A stretch of DNA of 62,650 nt, counting the filler, from Stramenopiles sp. TOSAG23-2 (taxonomy: Eukaryota), in NCBI GenBank assembly GCA_900128395.1. It is 3 parts of 3 records of this genome, joined end to end, with 100 filler letters (N's around TTAATTAATTAA, not from the genome) between each part and the next. Parts side by side here need not be neighbours in the genome. Positions count along the whole stretch, not along the records: positions 1 to 20,829 come from LT649549.1; positions 20,930 to 41,754 come from LT649550.1; 1 more part is not named here. The stretch is one strand, 5' to 3'. Shown here piece by piece: positions 10,359-21,834 of the stretch (the stretch's first letter is position 1; each line of letters starts with the position of its first letter). The position numbers and the translations under genes are program-made. The notes under the pieces were generated by a model. That model had not been told where the DNA came from and made no database searches. It saw only the letters and a program-made list of their open reading frames with translations.

Positions 10359-13300
10359 ATGTCATCAAACATGGTTGATCAAGGCTCACAAATGGCCGGT
10401 AACTGGGAGAGAAGAAGACCGGAAGAAGGTGGTGGTTGGGAAACGTTGTATGATAAAGATGGTTTTGCATATTATTACAGTCATTATACAGGAGAACAAA
10501 CGTATAGCATGCCCAAAGAATATGCTCATGCACAAGGCATTATGACAGTTTCAAGGCCCATTACTGACATACCAACGGCTGCTATATTTCACGGACACTC
10601 ACCGACTAGAAGATTACAACAATTACATAATCAAGGTCAATATGAACAACATTATGGTGAGGAATCTGGCCATCATGAAGAACAATATCAATTAGAAAGT
10701 GGTGAACAACATTTAAAGTGGGAAAAGCACTATGACGAGGACGGTTATGAATATTATTACAATAACGAAACTGGTGAACAAACTTATGATATACCTGCTG
10801 ATTATGTCGAACCAACTGGCACAGGAGAACATGAGGCATACGCAGAAGAAGGACACCATGAAGCTGCTACATCAATTCAAAGAATAGTAAGAGGTAGACA
10901 ACATAGAGAAATAGCAAGGCAAAAAAAAGAGTTATTTGACAAAATGACACATATGCATGATGATGCTATAATAGATAAAAGTAAAATAGAAGCAGCGACT
11001 AAAATACAAACTTTAGGACGTAAATATAACTCTCGTAAGCAGTTTATGAGAAAAAAAGATTCAGCTATTCTCATTCAAAGCATAATCCGTAGAAAGATTG
11101 CAAGACGTAATGTAAAAACAATTCAAAATATGTCGCCTGTATTGGCACGTCTCAATGCAGCTGTTGTGGAACGTCACTCGCTATATGGATCAGAGATCAA
11201 AGATTATAATGATTTATTTTTGAAAATGGATAAAGATGGAGATGGGAAAATATCCAAGAGTGATTTTCTTGGTGCTGTAAATAGACTTGATATAGGTATG
11301 GAAGAAAACCACATTAATACGTTAGTATGGGCGATGGATTCACATTCATATACAAATGACCCAAAAATTGATTATGATGATTTCTATAGAGGTATTAAAG
11401 TTGGTAAATTGAAATACGAGGAATTGCAAAAAATGGCAGAAACTAAACGGAAAGAAGCGGATGAAAATACTACTGAACAAGATTCTGATAGTGATGATAG
11501 TGAAGTTAATGATGATGACAATGAACAAAACAATGAAAATATAGATAGTAATAAAGAAGAAGAAGAAGATTTGGATGAAGAGGCCGAGGCACATGTTGAT
11601 AGTAGTAATGATGAGGGCGATGAAGAAGATGATGTAGAAGATGTTGATGATGAAGGTGAAGAGAGCGAAGCAAATGAAGAAGAATCAGAAGTCGAAGGAG
11701 AAGATATTGAAGGTGTAGATGGGGATACTAAAAAGGATAAGAAAAGCAAAAAATCTAAATCGAAGAAGAACAAAAAAGGCAGCAAAGGAAAAAAGAAAGG
11801 AGGAAATGGTAATAAGAAAAACAAAGGGGGATCTTTTTCAGGTAAACCAGCCGCTCGACCACCAGTTCCAAAACAATACCACGAGGAAAATGAAATGATG
11901 GATAGCACAAAACGAGTTGGTTTTTTAAGAGTAACAAAGGCTAAGCTATTGAAACGAATCGAAGAGAAAGCAGATGATGGAGATGCGTATAGGAAATTAG
12001 GTTTTTTATTACATGAGCAGAAAAAATATTTACAAGCAGTAGAAAAATTGCAGAAAGGCATATCATTAGGATATAAGAATGGACGAGTATGGCGCACGAT
12101 GGGCCATTGTTTTTATGAATTAGATCAAGTAGACAGCGCACGAGAAGCTTATGGTAGGGCAATGATGCATAAGTCTAACGAAGATGCGCCTTTGATGTTT
12201 TATCGGGCTGCTAGAATGGAAATGCGGCGTGGACAATATAAAAATGCCTATGAAATTTTATTAAACGTTGAATCTAGATTTAAAAAATTTAAGGATCGTC
12301 AATCGGTTTGGTTTGCGCTTGGTGCTTCGGCACATAAAATTGAAGAACCACGCAAAGCTTTGAAATATTTTAAAAAGGCATTAAATGAAAAAGACTCCGA
12401 AACAAAATTAAAAATGAAAGGAAATTTTAAACGTGCTGCATTTTATCAAATGGGAAGGGCATATGAAGATCTTGAAATGTTTAAAAATAGAATTAAATGT
12501 GACAAAAAAGCACAGAAGAAAATGCCGAAAAATGAAGATGGGAGTGAAAATAGTGAGCTTGATAGCGAGGCAAACGTTTCTTCGGACGAAGAAGAGCTTA
12601 CTTCGAACAATACTCTTGATCCCACTGGTAAAATAGATAAAGTCAAACGTGGTGATTTCCATGTAAAAATTGCATCGTATTTAGTGAGTATTAAATTTCA
12701 TGGTTTGGCAGTATCAGCATTAGAACGAGCTTTAGAAATAAACAAGAAAAAACCTGAATGGCTTTCCTTATTAGCATACGCGTTACACGAACAAGGCAAA
12801 ATAAAGAAAGCCACAAAGGTTGGAGAAAGGGCAGAGAAACTCGCTGCAAAAAGTGGCGATTCGTGGCGGGCTTCATCCTCACCATGGAGTCCACCATTGA
12901 AAAAACAATTACCCGCATGGCGTTTAGAGGCAATTCCGCCTCCCGTTGATGTCGTAATATCGTCCTACTCACCACGTTCTAGACCATCATCTGCAAGAAG
13001 TTCACGACCTACCTCAGCTGCTAGATCTAGGTCATCCAGTCGCCCTCAAACAGCTAGTTCAAGAAATGATGGTTTTAGAACCCCGAGAGAAGGAGGAGGT
13101 TTTAAACTTAGTGATGAAGATATATCACGCTTAGTCGAGGAATTAGCTAAGAAAATGTTAGAAGGGCAATTAATGAAATCACGTTCGGAAAAGGATAGCG
13201 ATGCCTCAGATGATGATATGAAATCACTTAGTAGTCGTAAAAGTGCTAAGAAAAAGAAAAAGAAAGAGAAAGTGGTTGTAAAGCATGAAATGTCTACGCA

Positions 13301-15634
13301 AATGACACCAAGAGAATATAATAGTGAAGAGGATGAGCAAAAGCATGGTAGCGAAGTTTTTGATGATAATGCAAGTAATTTTTCAGCCCCTGAGGAAAAG
13401 GATGTTTTCAACGATAGTTCTGATGTTGGAAATAAATCTATTATGATAAATTCATGGTCTGGTAGATCGCAAAGTCGTATCAAACGTGTTGCTGCATTGG
13501 CTGCACGGGCAACGCAGGCATTGGCACATGCTCTAGCGTTTGAAAATGGAGACGGAGAAGAATTTGAAAATTTTGTTGATCCAAGAAAGTTTTTGAACGC
13601 TGTAAACCAGATGAAAATGGCACTGTTGAAAAGCAGTTATATTTAGATACGTTAGAAGAAGATTTTGATTTGCAAGAGTTTATCCGCGCTAATTCGTATT
13701 GCATAGTAACACCGTTATTATTACGGAAAGTGCATTTAAAAGTGGAAAGAACGGCCACACCATTTGAACGTAATACTCGTATTTCATGGGAGCAAATTGA
13801 ACAATTTTTAGAAAGTCACATACATACGAGTGGAAAAGGAGCTTTCAATGATAATGGCGATTCATATGATCCACGATTTGCACCCGACAGTAATCCATTA
13901 CGCGGTCAGAAAGAAAGGGAAGATATTGCGAAAAAAGAAGCAGAAGAAAAATTAGAAGCAGAAAGGCAACAAAAATTACAGCAACAAAAACTTTATGAAT
14001 CTAAGTTGAACGATTGGCCAGATGAGTACAAAGAGTTAGACCCAGCACCGGATGATCAAGGATTTGAATCTGTAGTTTCATCTGACCTTGATCATAAATT
14101 ATCGTGGCAGGGACCAGTTCATCGTAAGGCTCCTTTACCACCACCACCAAAACCCCCAGAAAAGTGGGAGGATCCAAATCGAGCGAAAGAATACGATGAC
14201 AAACGTTCAGATTTGCTTGCCGATCTGTCTGTTGCACGAACAAATTACAATGTACGCGATTTAGAGGCAAAAACGCAAATTGCTCGAATGGAACAGGAGT
14301 TAAGAATACGAAATAAAAAAAGTAAAGCACATATGAAATTAGCTGAACGAGAAGGTAGTGCAGCTGCAGTTGCAGCATTAGCCGCTAATAGTGAAGCAGT
14401 CACAAGGGAAGTTGAACGTCATATAACTAGTATAGAGGAAAGCTTAGCTATGAGGCGAGCCAGGAAAGGGGCTAGAAATGAATCATATTCAAAACATGTG
14501 GCATTAGATGTTGTGAAAAGACATAAAATGAAATCCAATTCCTACGACGGTAACGATTACAACAATGATCTGGATGATCGGGATGAAGATTCCTATGATA
14601 AATCAAAAAAGAAAGGCGGGAAGAAAATATTTGTTGCTGGGGATGATGTAGAAATGAGAATGTTGTTTGCAGACTATGAGCATGGTACCGATGTACGTCG
14701 TAAAATACTCGATTTACAAACTGTTCATCCACATATTACAGAAGAGGAAGCATTCTTAGCATTGGCAGAAACAGGAGGAAATGTTGATTTAGCTATTGGC
14801 AAATTGACAGATTTAGGATTTTTTAGAGATGTACGAGCAGTGAGCAACTTGCATAAGGAAACGGAAGCTGGTGCTGTGATTCAAGCAACAGCTACGGCAC
14901 TTGAACGTTCATTAGACCCAGCAAAAGAGAGACAGGATCTAGTATATAAGAAATTCCAAATATTTCGCCAAAATCAAGAAAAAGCAAGTGCAGAAAATAA
15001 ACCAGTAACGCGAATCCCAGGTTCTGGAAAGTCAAAGGAAAAGTTAGTGAGTGAAAATGTAGGTGGAACGGGAGGTAGTAAAAGGAATGATAATAGAAAA
15101 AAATATAAAAGCATGGCTGATAATAACCAGACATCTATGAGACTCGCTCGTACGGTAGCTCAAAGTCCATACATGACGGTTCCTTTTAAAACAAGTACTA
15201 GCAAACGGCCTAAAACTGCTGGCGAAAGGCGGAAAATGCGTGAAAGGCGTAAGAAAGGTATGGCTGATGGCATGCCAGGATACATTGAAGGTGCTCTAAA
15301 GGCAGATAGAAGCTGGAGGAAAGGTGGTGGAATGAGACGAAGATTAAATCGTGTTGTTGGTCGTGCTCCATCGCTAAGAAAACCATCTGGCGGTGGTTCT
15401 AATGCTGCAAAAATACTACATCATAATAAAGTAAGCAAAATTGGTGCTTTCGGTGGATTTAATCCTACAATTGATAATCCAACTCAAGAATATAAAGCTG
15501 TTATTTATGCGGCAAACGAATTAAAACCTATTCCAACTGAACCATTTAAAACTAGAAGTGATTATAGAAGTTTACAAGGGGATAGTGTTTCTGCAGATCA
15601 TCGTGCCGTCCAAAGGTTGAGTAATTTAGATTAA
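10359..15634 (+). CDS. WW x2, IQ x3, EF-hand, TPR and UBA-like protein; probably one gene with a -1 frameshift near 13585
   Basis: WW (WETLYDKDGFAYYYSHYTGEQTYSMP; WEKHYDEDGYEYYYNNETGEQTYDIP), IQ (IQRIVRGRQHR, IQTLGRKYNSR, IQSIIRRKIAR), EF-hand (DKDGDGKISKSDF) and TPRs in ORF 10329..13646. The -1 frame opens at 13580 and reads KVFERCKPDENGTVEKQLYLDTLEEDFDLQEFIR into ORF 13670..15634, which has UBA-like ITEEEAFLALAETGGNVDLAIGKL. Confidence 0.8.
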
Positions 15635-15817
15635 AAAAAGTACGATCGTGTTTAAACTATTTTACACTTCGTACTTCGTATAAGATAATACCACGTGGTA
15701 AGTGTTTCTGCAGATCATCGTGCCGTCCAAAGGTTGAGTAATTTAGATTAAAAAAAGTACGATCGTGTTTAAACTATTTTACACTTCGTACTTCGTATAA
15801 GATAATACCACGTGGTA
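15584..15817. repeat. Exact tandem duplication, 2 x 117 bp, spanning the stop codon
   Basis: 15584-15700 equals 15701-15817. Confidence 0.95.
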
Positions 15818-15903
15818 TTTAAAATACTCGTGCGAGTATGTATCATATTTTAAAATATCATTTTTATAAAAATATTTAAAAATATATATGTCATTTATAA
15901 TAT

Positions 15904-16547
15904 GGACCGCGCCAGCAAGAAATACACAGGCCTATCGCCTACCTAGCATTTCTTAGCAGGCACACACTATAGGGGAAAATAGCAAAAATGTCCGAAATGT
16001 TTTTTTTGACGAGGTAATTGTGACGAGGTAATCTTGGAGAATATTGGGAGCTGTGACCTGAGGTCGAAGAGGGAAAATCGTCTTATTTGCCGCTATGGAT
16101 TAGAAAGGTCCTGAGCTAAAAATTTGAATTATTTTTTATTTTATATACACTACAAGTCCACCAACCTACATCACACTCTTCGCGTTTCTTCCCACACCCG
16201 TAACTACGCGCACACACACATATACGAACCCGGAATAGTTGCAATCCATAGCGGCACACGTTTGCAAACGTCCCAGTTAGTAGCATACAACATCTCCAAG
16301 TAGTTTAGGAGATTACCTCGTCACACTTACCTGGGTCATTTCTCATTATTTATTTTTTAATGGATTTTAACAATAATATTTGATGATATTTCCATATAAA
16401 AAAATATTTTTTAATTTATTTTAAAAAGAACAGTACCATTCTATTACAAATATTTAAATCTAATACCCTGCCAAATTGCAACGCGAGATATTAAATATTA
16501 AGCGAGTTATAGCGATTTATCTGAAATTTTTCTTGCTGGCGCGGTCC
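15904..16547. mobile_element. Putative non-autonomous DNA transposon (MITE-like) with terminal and nested internal inverted repeats
   Basis: GGACCGCGCCAGCAAGAAA at 15904-15922 with its perfect reverse complement at 16529-16547, flanked on both sides by ATAT. Internal inverted pairs 16019-16034/16310-16325 and 16088-16101/16243-16256. No ORF; GC-richer than the flanks. Confidence 0.7.
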
Positions 16548-16753
16548 ATATAAAAATTTAATAAAAAAATGCATTTTTTTAAAAATATATATATATGGAT
16601 AATATGATATGCACCATATACATTTTTCGTTAAAATATTAATAATATACACGCGAGAGTATATATAAATATATAAATTAAATATATATTACGGTATATTT
16701 ACATCATTCATAAATCTCACACACACATTATATACGAAAGATAAATGAAAAAA

Positions 16754-19085
16754 TTATGCTTGGTTTGCAGATGAGGATCCAGTATCTCCGCCCATCAAAT
16801 TGGCCCTAACTAACTTTTCCACTCGACTTAAAAAATTTGTTGTAAATTCATCCTTCAGTTTTAATTGTTGTTGTACATTGCGAACACGTTCTGTCAATGA
16901 AACTAATAACACATCTAAGAATGAAATCCCTTTTTTAGAACTACTATTACCTACAGTACCAGTATCACGCCAAATTTTATTAAAATCAACTAAAGCATCA
17001 AAGGTAGCATATTCTTTTACAAGGGTTTCCATCTTCTCCAATACAGTATCAAACGATTTTTCAATCGTATTCACAGATCGAACCTCTAAACTCATAGGAT
17101 TTCGTTGAGTCATTGGGGAATCAGCATAATACCATGTAATGCGTGAAACAGGTGACGGCAGTATTCACAGATCGAACCTCTAAACTCATAGGATTTCGTT
17201 GAGTCATTGGGGAATCAGCATAATACCATGTAATGCGTGAAACAGGTGACGGCATTTGTGTATCATATGGGCCCACAATCATCCCAATAAAAGGATCGAC
17301 ATTGTGTACAGAATCATGAAATAAATGTTGATAATTACATTGATTAGCAATGTCAACCATTGATGGGATTGGTTTAAACGTTGGGTGGGAATGGTACCAT
17401 CCAACTACGGAAAGTCCAGCATCAGCAACCTTTGTCCTCAATTCAACTTCTGCAACTGGATCCATTTCCGCTTCAGTAAATGCACCGCCATCTTCTGCAA
17501 TGCTGCGACCTGGATAAGCATCTTTGACTATAATTTTACTATGTATTGGATCCCATGTACCAACTAAGTAACCTATCACTTCTCGGGTAGTCAAATGAGC
17601 ATGTAAATCGACAAGAAGAGTCGCTTCAATAGATACGTCAATACCAAATGGTTGTCTCACTCCTTTGTGATCACCATAGCCATAATCGCCGCAATTAACA
17701 AATTGCAAAGTCGTATCACTGTCACCTTTGAAGCGTGATGATGTTTTCCTTCTTGATCGTTTACGTGAATAATCTGTTCTACCATCGTTGCCATACATTG
17801 CTGCCCTTTTCAATCTCTCTGCAGCGTCTTTTGCAAACTTTTTCTCCATTCTCGCTTGCCTCTTTTTTTCACGCTCTAATTCCTTTTCCCTTCTTTCAGC
17901 TAACTTTTTAATCCTCGCGTCTTCCTTCGCTTTTTGTCTGGCTGCTTTCGCGTCCGCTTCAGCCTGTCTTGCCTTTGCAATTGCTTCTTTTTGTTCCTCT
18001 GTTAAAATCTTTACGAATCGTGGTGCACCATCTGTCTTTTGACCAAGATCAGATCCTTCGGCTTTCATCAATCCTAACAACATATCATTCTTTTCCCTAG
18101 CTGTCATTTTCTTACCAGGTGAACCATGCATTTGTTCAATATGACGTGCTTGTATATCGCTCAATTTTTCATCATTGTAACAAACACATTGCCATCCATT
18201 GACAGCCTTACGTGTTGGTTTAGTAAGGTGGATAATATATATAGCCCACGCAGATGGAGAAACAAATGCATGTTCTTTGAAACGTATTGTACCATCTTCC
18301 TCTAATGCAGCTTTATGTACGGTTTTCTCATACGTAATCGTCAACACATCTGCGCCTGGTTTCAAACCACCAACATTAATAAGGCCTTTCAATGGATTTT
18401 CACCAGAAGCAATATATTTACTTAATTTCGAATTAGTATCTGTGCCATTATTATTGTTGTTGTTATTATCATTGCTATTGTTGTTTGCAATTTGATTATT
18501 TTGTGTACCATTACTACTACTGCTGCTGCTACCACTTTTAATATTATCACGATAAGCAGACATTGCTGCGCGACCTTGTAAACCATATGCACGCGCAGCT
18601 GCTGAATTTGGATCTAAAGGTTTTCCACTCAATGTATACCCTTCACCACTTTCTTGAACTTTCAATGGAAGCGGTTTGTCTTGTTGGTATAATCTTATGA
18701 AGTATTTTTGTGCGTGTGAGGTGAATCCACCTCTGTCACGCGAATAATTCATATGTTCAACACATTTATGCCATTCACGACCGTATAATTCCAACGCTTC
18801 CAAAAATAATTTTTCTTCCTCCTCACTCCATTTTCCAGTTTTACGTCTTGGATCATCATGAACTTTTTTTGGTTTCTTTACTTTTGGTACTTTTGGTTTT
18901 TTTTCCTTCTTAGGCTTTTTAGGTTTTGGTGCTGCTTTTTTCCTTCCTTTCTTTTTTCGCTTTTTACCATAACCCCAATCATCTTCATCATCGTCGTATG
19001 CACCACCCCAAGCAGCTTGTTGTTCATAATCTTGTGCTAACATTTGTGCAATTAATGCACTTGTTGCTTCATCTGCATCTGCCAT
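16754..19085 (-). CDS. Myb/SANT (SHAQKYF) + RAMA + JAB1/MPN+ metallo-deubiquitinase (MYSM1/MPND-like)
   Basis: Myb: GKWSEEEEKLFLEALELYGREW...SHAQKYF. RAMA-like: LINVGGLKPGADVLTITY...LEEDGTI...FVSPSAWA...AVNGWQCVCY. JAMM: EVIGYLVG...EAEMDP...VVGWYHSHPTFKPIPSMVD. Removing the 94-bp duplication joins ORF 17121..19184 to ORF 16754..17113. The start region is also duplicated (ATG 19085 or 19184). Confidence 0.88.
17067..17254. repeat. Exact tandem duplication, 2 x 94 bp (frameshifting)
   Basis: 17067-17160 equals 17161-17254. Confidence 0.95.
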
Positions 19086-19245
19086 GATATATATATATAT
19101 ATATATATATATGATTTGTATGTGCGTGTGTGTGTATATATATAGTTGAATTAATGCACTTGTTGCTTCATCTGCATCTGCCATGATATATATATATATA
19201 TATATATATGATTTGTATGTGCGTGTGTGTGTATATATATAGTTG
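19050..19245. repeat. Tandem duplication of ~99 bp spanning the start codon and an (AT)n tract
   Basis: 19050-19148 versus 19149-19245; the copies differ by one AT unit. Confidence 0.93.
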
Positions 19246-20192
19246 TATGTATTTGTATAATATATTGATCAGTGATATAAATATCTACCTACCTATCTAT
19301 CTGTTTATCTAAATATATCTATCTATATCTATATACAATCACTTAGTTATTATAGAATCGTACCACGTTTGTATATTAGTCGTCTATATAGATTCAAAAT
19401 AGATACTGTATAATAAGTTGCAAAATACCAGATGTGCAGATCATATCTTTTTCTAATTATTCATTCATTCCAATATTTAGTACATGTACTTCTACTATGC
19501 TATAATTCTAATAATAAATCATCCATTTTTTTTCCTCCCGCCCCATCTGGCCATCCAAAATCCAAAGCACCAAAAGTTAATTAAAAAGTGCCGAAAAAAA
19601 TAAATTTTTTTTTCAATACCAGTAGTTATTATAGTGGTGTGTCCTGCTATTGCACTATTTGATTACTTGTATTCCCCCGCTAATTTCACAAATTACAAAT
19701 CTCACATCTCGATTTCTACCTATCAAATGACACATAATTTATTTCATTTATAAATACTTGAAAGGGGAAATTAGAATATAAGAATATTATAAAACATAAA
19801 TAGACAATAAAACAACAAATCGATTTCTTCCCTATCAAATGACTAAATTAGAATATGACTACTGGCTTTACTACATTTACTAGTTGCAAAAATGTTGGCT
19901 CTTGGTGGATATTTTGTCGGATTATCCAAAAATGAATCATCACAATTTCCCCCCATAGTGTGTTGTGTTAAATATAATAAATTATTATTATTTTCTTATG
20001 AACTAAAAACAACGATTTTAATGAAGGACATCGAATCAATAAAATATCTGTATAAGGAGGAAGTAGACAAAGGGAGCAATACAGAAAGAATAGATACGTA
20101 GATGTTATTTCAGTTATAGGAACAAGAAATAACAAGAAGAATAATATTACTAGAAATATAAAATAAAAGAACGAAAGCATCTGTAAATAACG

Positions 20193-20829
20193 ATGGCGTC
20201 ATTTGCTGGTGGTAGTGGTGGAGATGGTGATAAAGATGGCCATAAAAATGTTTATAAAAAAGGTGTTGACTTGGACGAAGGACGTCGTAGACGTCAAGAA
20301 ACCACTGTAAATATACGAAAACAAAAGAAAGCAGAAAGAATGAAACAACGGAGAAGAATGGTAAGGGGTGCTGGAAATAACAGCAATGCGAATAATGCCA
20401 TGACCAATGGTGGTAACACTGCATTCAATACGACACCCGCTATGACGGATCAAAGCGTCGCGGTGAAACTGCAAAACTTACCGCAAATGGTACAAGGTGT
20501 TATGTCAGGTGACCCAAGAGTTAAATTGGAATCGACGACAGCTTTTCGTAAATTATTATCGATTGAACGAAACCCACCAATCGAGGAGGTTATAAAGTCA
20601 GGTGTCGTACCACATTTTGTAGAATTTTTGCAAGATGCTCAAAACCCAGCTTTACAGTTTGAAGCAGCATGGGCTTTAACAAATATTGCCAGTGGTACTA
20701 GTGACCATACACGCGTGGTTATCGAACATGGTGCAGTGCCAAAATTTGTTGATTTATTATTGTCAAACAACGATGACGTTAGGGAACAAGCTGTTTGGGC
20801 ACTTGGTAACATTGCTGGTGACTCGCCAT
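20193..20829 (+). CDS. KPNA: Importin subunit alpha (karyopherin alpha), truncated at the assembly gap
   Basis: IBB domain ([27 protein letters not shown]) and ARM repeats ([51 protein letters not shown]). Confidence 0.97.
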
Positions 20830-20929
20830 NNNNNNNNNNNNNNNNNNNNNNNNNNNNNNNNNNNNNNNNNNNNTTAATTAATTAANNNNNNNNNNNNNNN
20901 NNNNNNNNNNNNNNNNNNNNNNNNNNNNN
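20830..20929. other. Assembly gap with artificial six-frame-stop linker TTAATTAATTAA
   Basis: N44-TTAATTAATTAA(20874-20885)-N44; importin-alpha does not resume after it. Confidence 0.95.
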
Positions 20930-21296
20930 ATTATAGAAAAAGATCGTCCAAGTGCATCAATGAAATTTAAAGATTTAGCTGCTGTCAAATTGTCTACTAT
21001 TTTACCAATAGTGTGTGGTCTTAAATTTATTAAATAAATCTTTCAAGTTGTTAAAAAAATAATTAATAAAAAAAAAATAAAAAATTCTCTCCTCGCCATA
21101 CTCCTCTCGCACTCTCCCTTACGAACTTACTCACTCCTAAAATATGGCTAAAAATCATAAAAACAGAAATATAATTAATCAATCCTATGGCCTCTTTGGT
21201 TTTTCTACTTCCATGATTAACAATAATCTATCACTATTGTGTGCGAAACATTTAGGTACGATATATATAAACATATGGTGCAAAGAAAATAAAAAT

Positions 21297-21536
21297 ATGA
21301 AAAGTTACATAATCGTTTTATGCTTCATAATTGGGCAATATATTGCTGATGCAGCTCCAAGGATCAATATACCACCACAAGGTAGTGGTGGAAAACCATT
21401 TAAAGCACCAATGATTTTATATATAGTTGGTGGGGTATTATGGACACTTGTCTTTTTGGGTTTATTTTGCTGTATACGTGTACTTAGGGAAGAATGTAAA
21501 GGTCGAGCTGAACGCTATGAGAATAAGCAAAAGTAA
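21297..21536 (+). CDS. Small single-pass membrane protein (79 aa): signal peptide, TM helix, juxtamembrane CC
   Basis: MKSYIIVLCFIIGQYIADA (signal-like), MILYIVGGVLWTLVFLGLFCCI (TM) and a charged tail, read from the internal ATG of ORF 21144..21536. Confidence 0.6.
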   Translation: MKSYIIVLCFIIGQYIADAAPRINIPPQGSGGKPFKAPMILYIVGGVLWTLVFLGLFCCIRVLREECKGRAERYENKQK

Positions 21537-21834
21537 AAGTATTCTCTCTTTTTTTTTGGAGGGCTTGGATGGTATGCCCATTTTAAATTAAATTTTAAAA
21601 TCCACTCCAGAGTCAAAATAACGAGAGTGCGAGCCGTAATATAAAATATTTTTACACATCATGTATTATGTCACACGAGAAGTGTGTATTATTTTTTATA
21701 AAAGAGTATACAGATTCGTACTTTTAAAATAATGTATTTTAAGGCAATATATTATTATATATATATATATATATATATATGTTTTAAAGTGTATAGACAC
21801 GTAAATAAGATGTTCGTCCGTGCGTACATGTTTT

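Noticed and set aside
10349..10533. N-terminal ~60 aa of the listed 1094-aa minus-strand ORF
   Set aside because: It is the antisense of the WW-domain coding sequence on the plus strand and has no signal-peptide or domain character.
13644..13646. Stop-codon readthrough or alternative genetic code
   Set aside because: The continuation is in a different frame, and conserved genes end normally at TAA/TAG with no internal stops.
16325..16334. ACTTACCTGG, identical to the U1 snRNA 5' end
   Set aside because: Downstream sequence is AT-rich with no U1 stem-loops or Sm site; the motif is the mirrored copy of the element's TGAC..AGGTAA block.
20874..20885. TTAATTAATTAA palindrome inside N runs (also 41799-41810)
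   Set aside because: Identical, symmetrically N-padded six-frame-stop spacer; a concatenation linker, not biology.
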